Notes under the pieces: generated by a model
The model's database searches: none
Told to the model about the DNA's origin: nothing
The model's input: only the letters and a program-made list of their open reading frames with translations
Shown here: in pieces, positions 62,824 to 64,000 of the stretch
How positions within the stretch are numbered: position 1 is the first letter of the stretch
Layout: the number at the start of each line of letters is the position of its first letter
Translations under genes and position numbers: made by a program
Assembly: GCA_964016885.1 (NCBI GenBank)
Contig: OZ024743.1
Span: forward strand, 133,424,001 to 133,488,000
Reading direction: 5' to 3'
Source of the DNA: Eledone cirrhosa
Taxonomy: Eukaryota
Length of the DNA: 64,000 nt

Positions 62824-64000
62824 TTGGTGTTTGGTGCTTGGTGATTGGTGCTTGGTGTTTTATGCTTGGTGCTTGGTGTTTGGTGCTAGGGGCTTGGTGC
62901 TTGATGTTTGGTGTTTGGTGCTTGGTGCTTGCTGTTTGGTGCTTGGTGCTTGGTGCTTGGTGTTTGGTGTATGGTGTTTGGTGCTTGGTGTTTGGTGCTT
63001 GGTGCTTGGTGCTGGGTGGTTGGTGTTTGGTGTTTGGTGCTTGGTGATTGGTGCTTATTGTTTGGTGCTTGGTGCTTGTGCTTGGTCTTTGATGCTTGGT
63101 GTTTGGTGTTTGATGCTTGGTGCTTGGTGCTTGGTGATTAGTGTATGGTGCTTGGTGCTTGGTGTTTTGTGCTTGGTGTTTGGTGCTTGGTGCTTGGTGT
63201 TTGGTGTTTGGTGCTTGGTGCTTGGGGCTTGGTGTTTGGTGCTTAGTGTTTGGTGCTTGGTGTTTGGTGCTTGGCGCTTGGTGCTTGGTGTTTGGTGTAT
63301 GGTGTTTGGTGCTTGGTGTTTGGTGGTTGGTGCTTGGTGCTGGGTGGTTGGTGTTTGGTGTTTGGTGCTTGGTGATTGGTGCTTATTGTTTGGTGCTTGG
63401 TGCTTGGTGCTTGGTGCTTGGTCTTTGGTGCTTGGTGTTTGGTGTTTGGTGCTTGGTGCTTGGTGCTTGGTGATTAGTGTTTGGTGCTTGGTGCTTGGTG
63501 CCTGGTGCTTGGTGCTTGGTGCTTGTTGTTTGGTGCTTGGTGCTTGGTGATTAGTGTTTGGTGCTTGGTGCTTGGGGTTTGGTGTTTGGTGCTTGGTGTT
63601 TGGTGTTTGGTGCTTGGTGCTTGGTGTTTGGTGCTTGGTGCTTGGTGTTTGGTGCTTGGTGCTTTGTGTTTGGTGCTTGGTGTTTGGTGCTTGGTGCTTG
63701 GTGCTTGGTGCTTGGTGTTAGGTGTTTGGTGCTTGGTGATTGGTGTTTGATGTTAGGTTCTTGGTGCTTGGTGTTTGGTGTTTGGTGCTTGGTGATTGGT
63801 GTTTGGTGTTTGGTGCTTGCTGCTTGGTGCTTGGTGTTTTGTGTTTGGAGTTTGGTGCTTGGTGTTTGGTGCTTGGTGCTTGGTGTTTGGTGTTTGGTGT
63901 TTGGTGTTTGGTGATTGGTGCTTTGTGTTTGGTGCTTGGTGCTTGGTGCTTGGTTCTTGGTGTTAGGTGTTTGGTGCTTGGTGCTTGGTGTTTGATGTTT

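Larger units (their letters stand above)
1..64000 (+). repeat. Heptamer satellite array, consensus TTGGTG(C/T), about 9,100 monomers, head-to-tail, one orientation, running off both window edges
   Basis: Seen directly: TTGGTGC and TTGGTGT make up most of every line. The first full monomer starts at 5, and monomer starts stay at 5 mod 7 until 15314. The + strand is almost only T and G with rare A. No inverted (RCACCAA) tract seen. Confidence 0.99.

Noticed and set aside
243-63560. GATTAG boxes as CRISPR-like repeats with spacers
   Set aside because: The intervening sequence is the same heptamer satellite, spacing ranges from 77 bp to over 1.5 kb, and there are no unique spacers, leader or cas genes.
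5-63914. Hundreds of + strand ORFs encoding Trp/Cys/Leu/Val/Gly-rich (LVLGAWC)n peptides that look like membrane proteins
   Set aside because: A 7-bp repeat yields the same heptapeptide in all three frames. The ORFs overlap in every frame, mostly start at TTG/GTG, end at sporadic variant monomers and have no unique domain.
1-64000. Canonical telomere (TTTAGGG/TTAGGG) or degenerate copies of it, suggested by TAGGGGC, TAGGGAC and TTAGG variants
   Set aside because: These are isolated substitution variants of TTGGTGY in register with the array. No tandem canonical telomere repeats are present.
1-64000. Bacterial heptamer repeats (cyanobacterial STRR-type)
   Set aside because: Those are short intergenic or intragenic tracts. 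A gene-free array of at least 64 kb with nested duplications fits eukaryotic satellite DNA better, although the source organism cannot be proven from this window.
1-64000. Pure sequencing artefact or synthetic low-complexity sequence
   Set aside because: Rare variants are inherited consistently across copies tens of kb apart with graded divergence, which random error would not produce. Individual perfect duplications still need read support.
1-64000. Embedded transposon, tRNA/rRNA, promoter or terminator
   Set aside because: No stretch departs from the heptamer register for more than a monomer or two, and I saw no inverted repeats, target-site duplications or unique sequence.

Overview
All 64 kb is one uninterrupted, single-orientation tandem array of about 9,100 copies of the heptamer TTGGTG(C/T) (reverse complement RCACCAA). 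I found no unique sequence and no credible gene, RNA gene, transposon or CRISPR array. Every ORF in the track is an artefact of translating a 7-mer: (LVLGAWC)n-like on the + strand and (STKHQAP)n-like on the - strand. The array is highly structured. Position 7 toggles C/T in short runs. Rare variant monomers act as heritable landmarks, notably TTGGTGA-TTAGTGT at roughly 85-90 copies by eye. I found only 20 breaks in the 7-bp register, tracing to about 11 independent events. The array is built from nested, in-register tandem duplications of 77 bp to 7.2 kb. Landmark variants form nested layers (outer / middle / core / middle / outer), as expected for a satellite expanding from within. The organism and chromosomal position (centromeric, subtelomeric or telomeric) cannot be determined from this window. 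All counts and alignments were done by eye plus ORF-track offsets, not computed.
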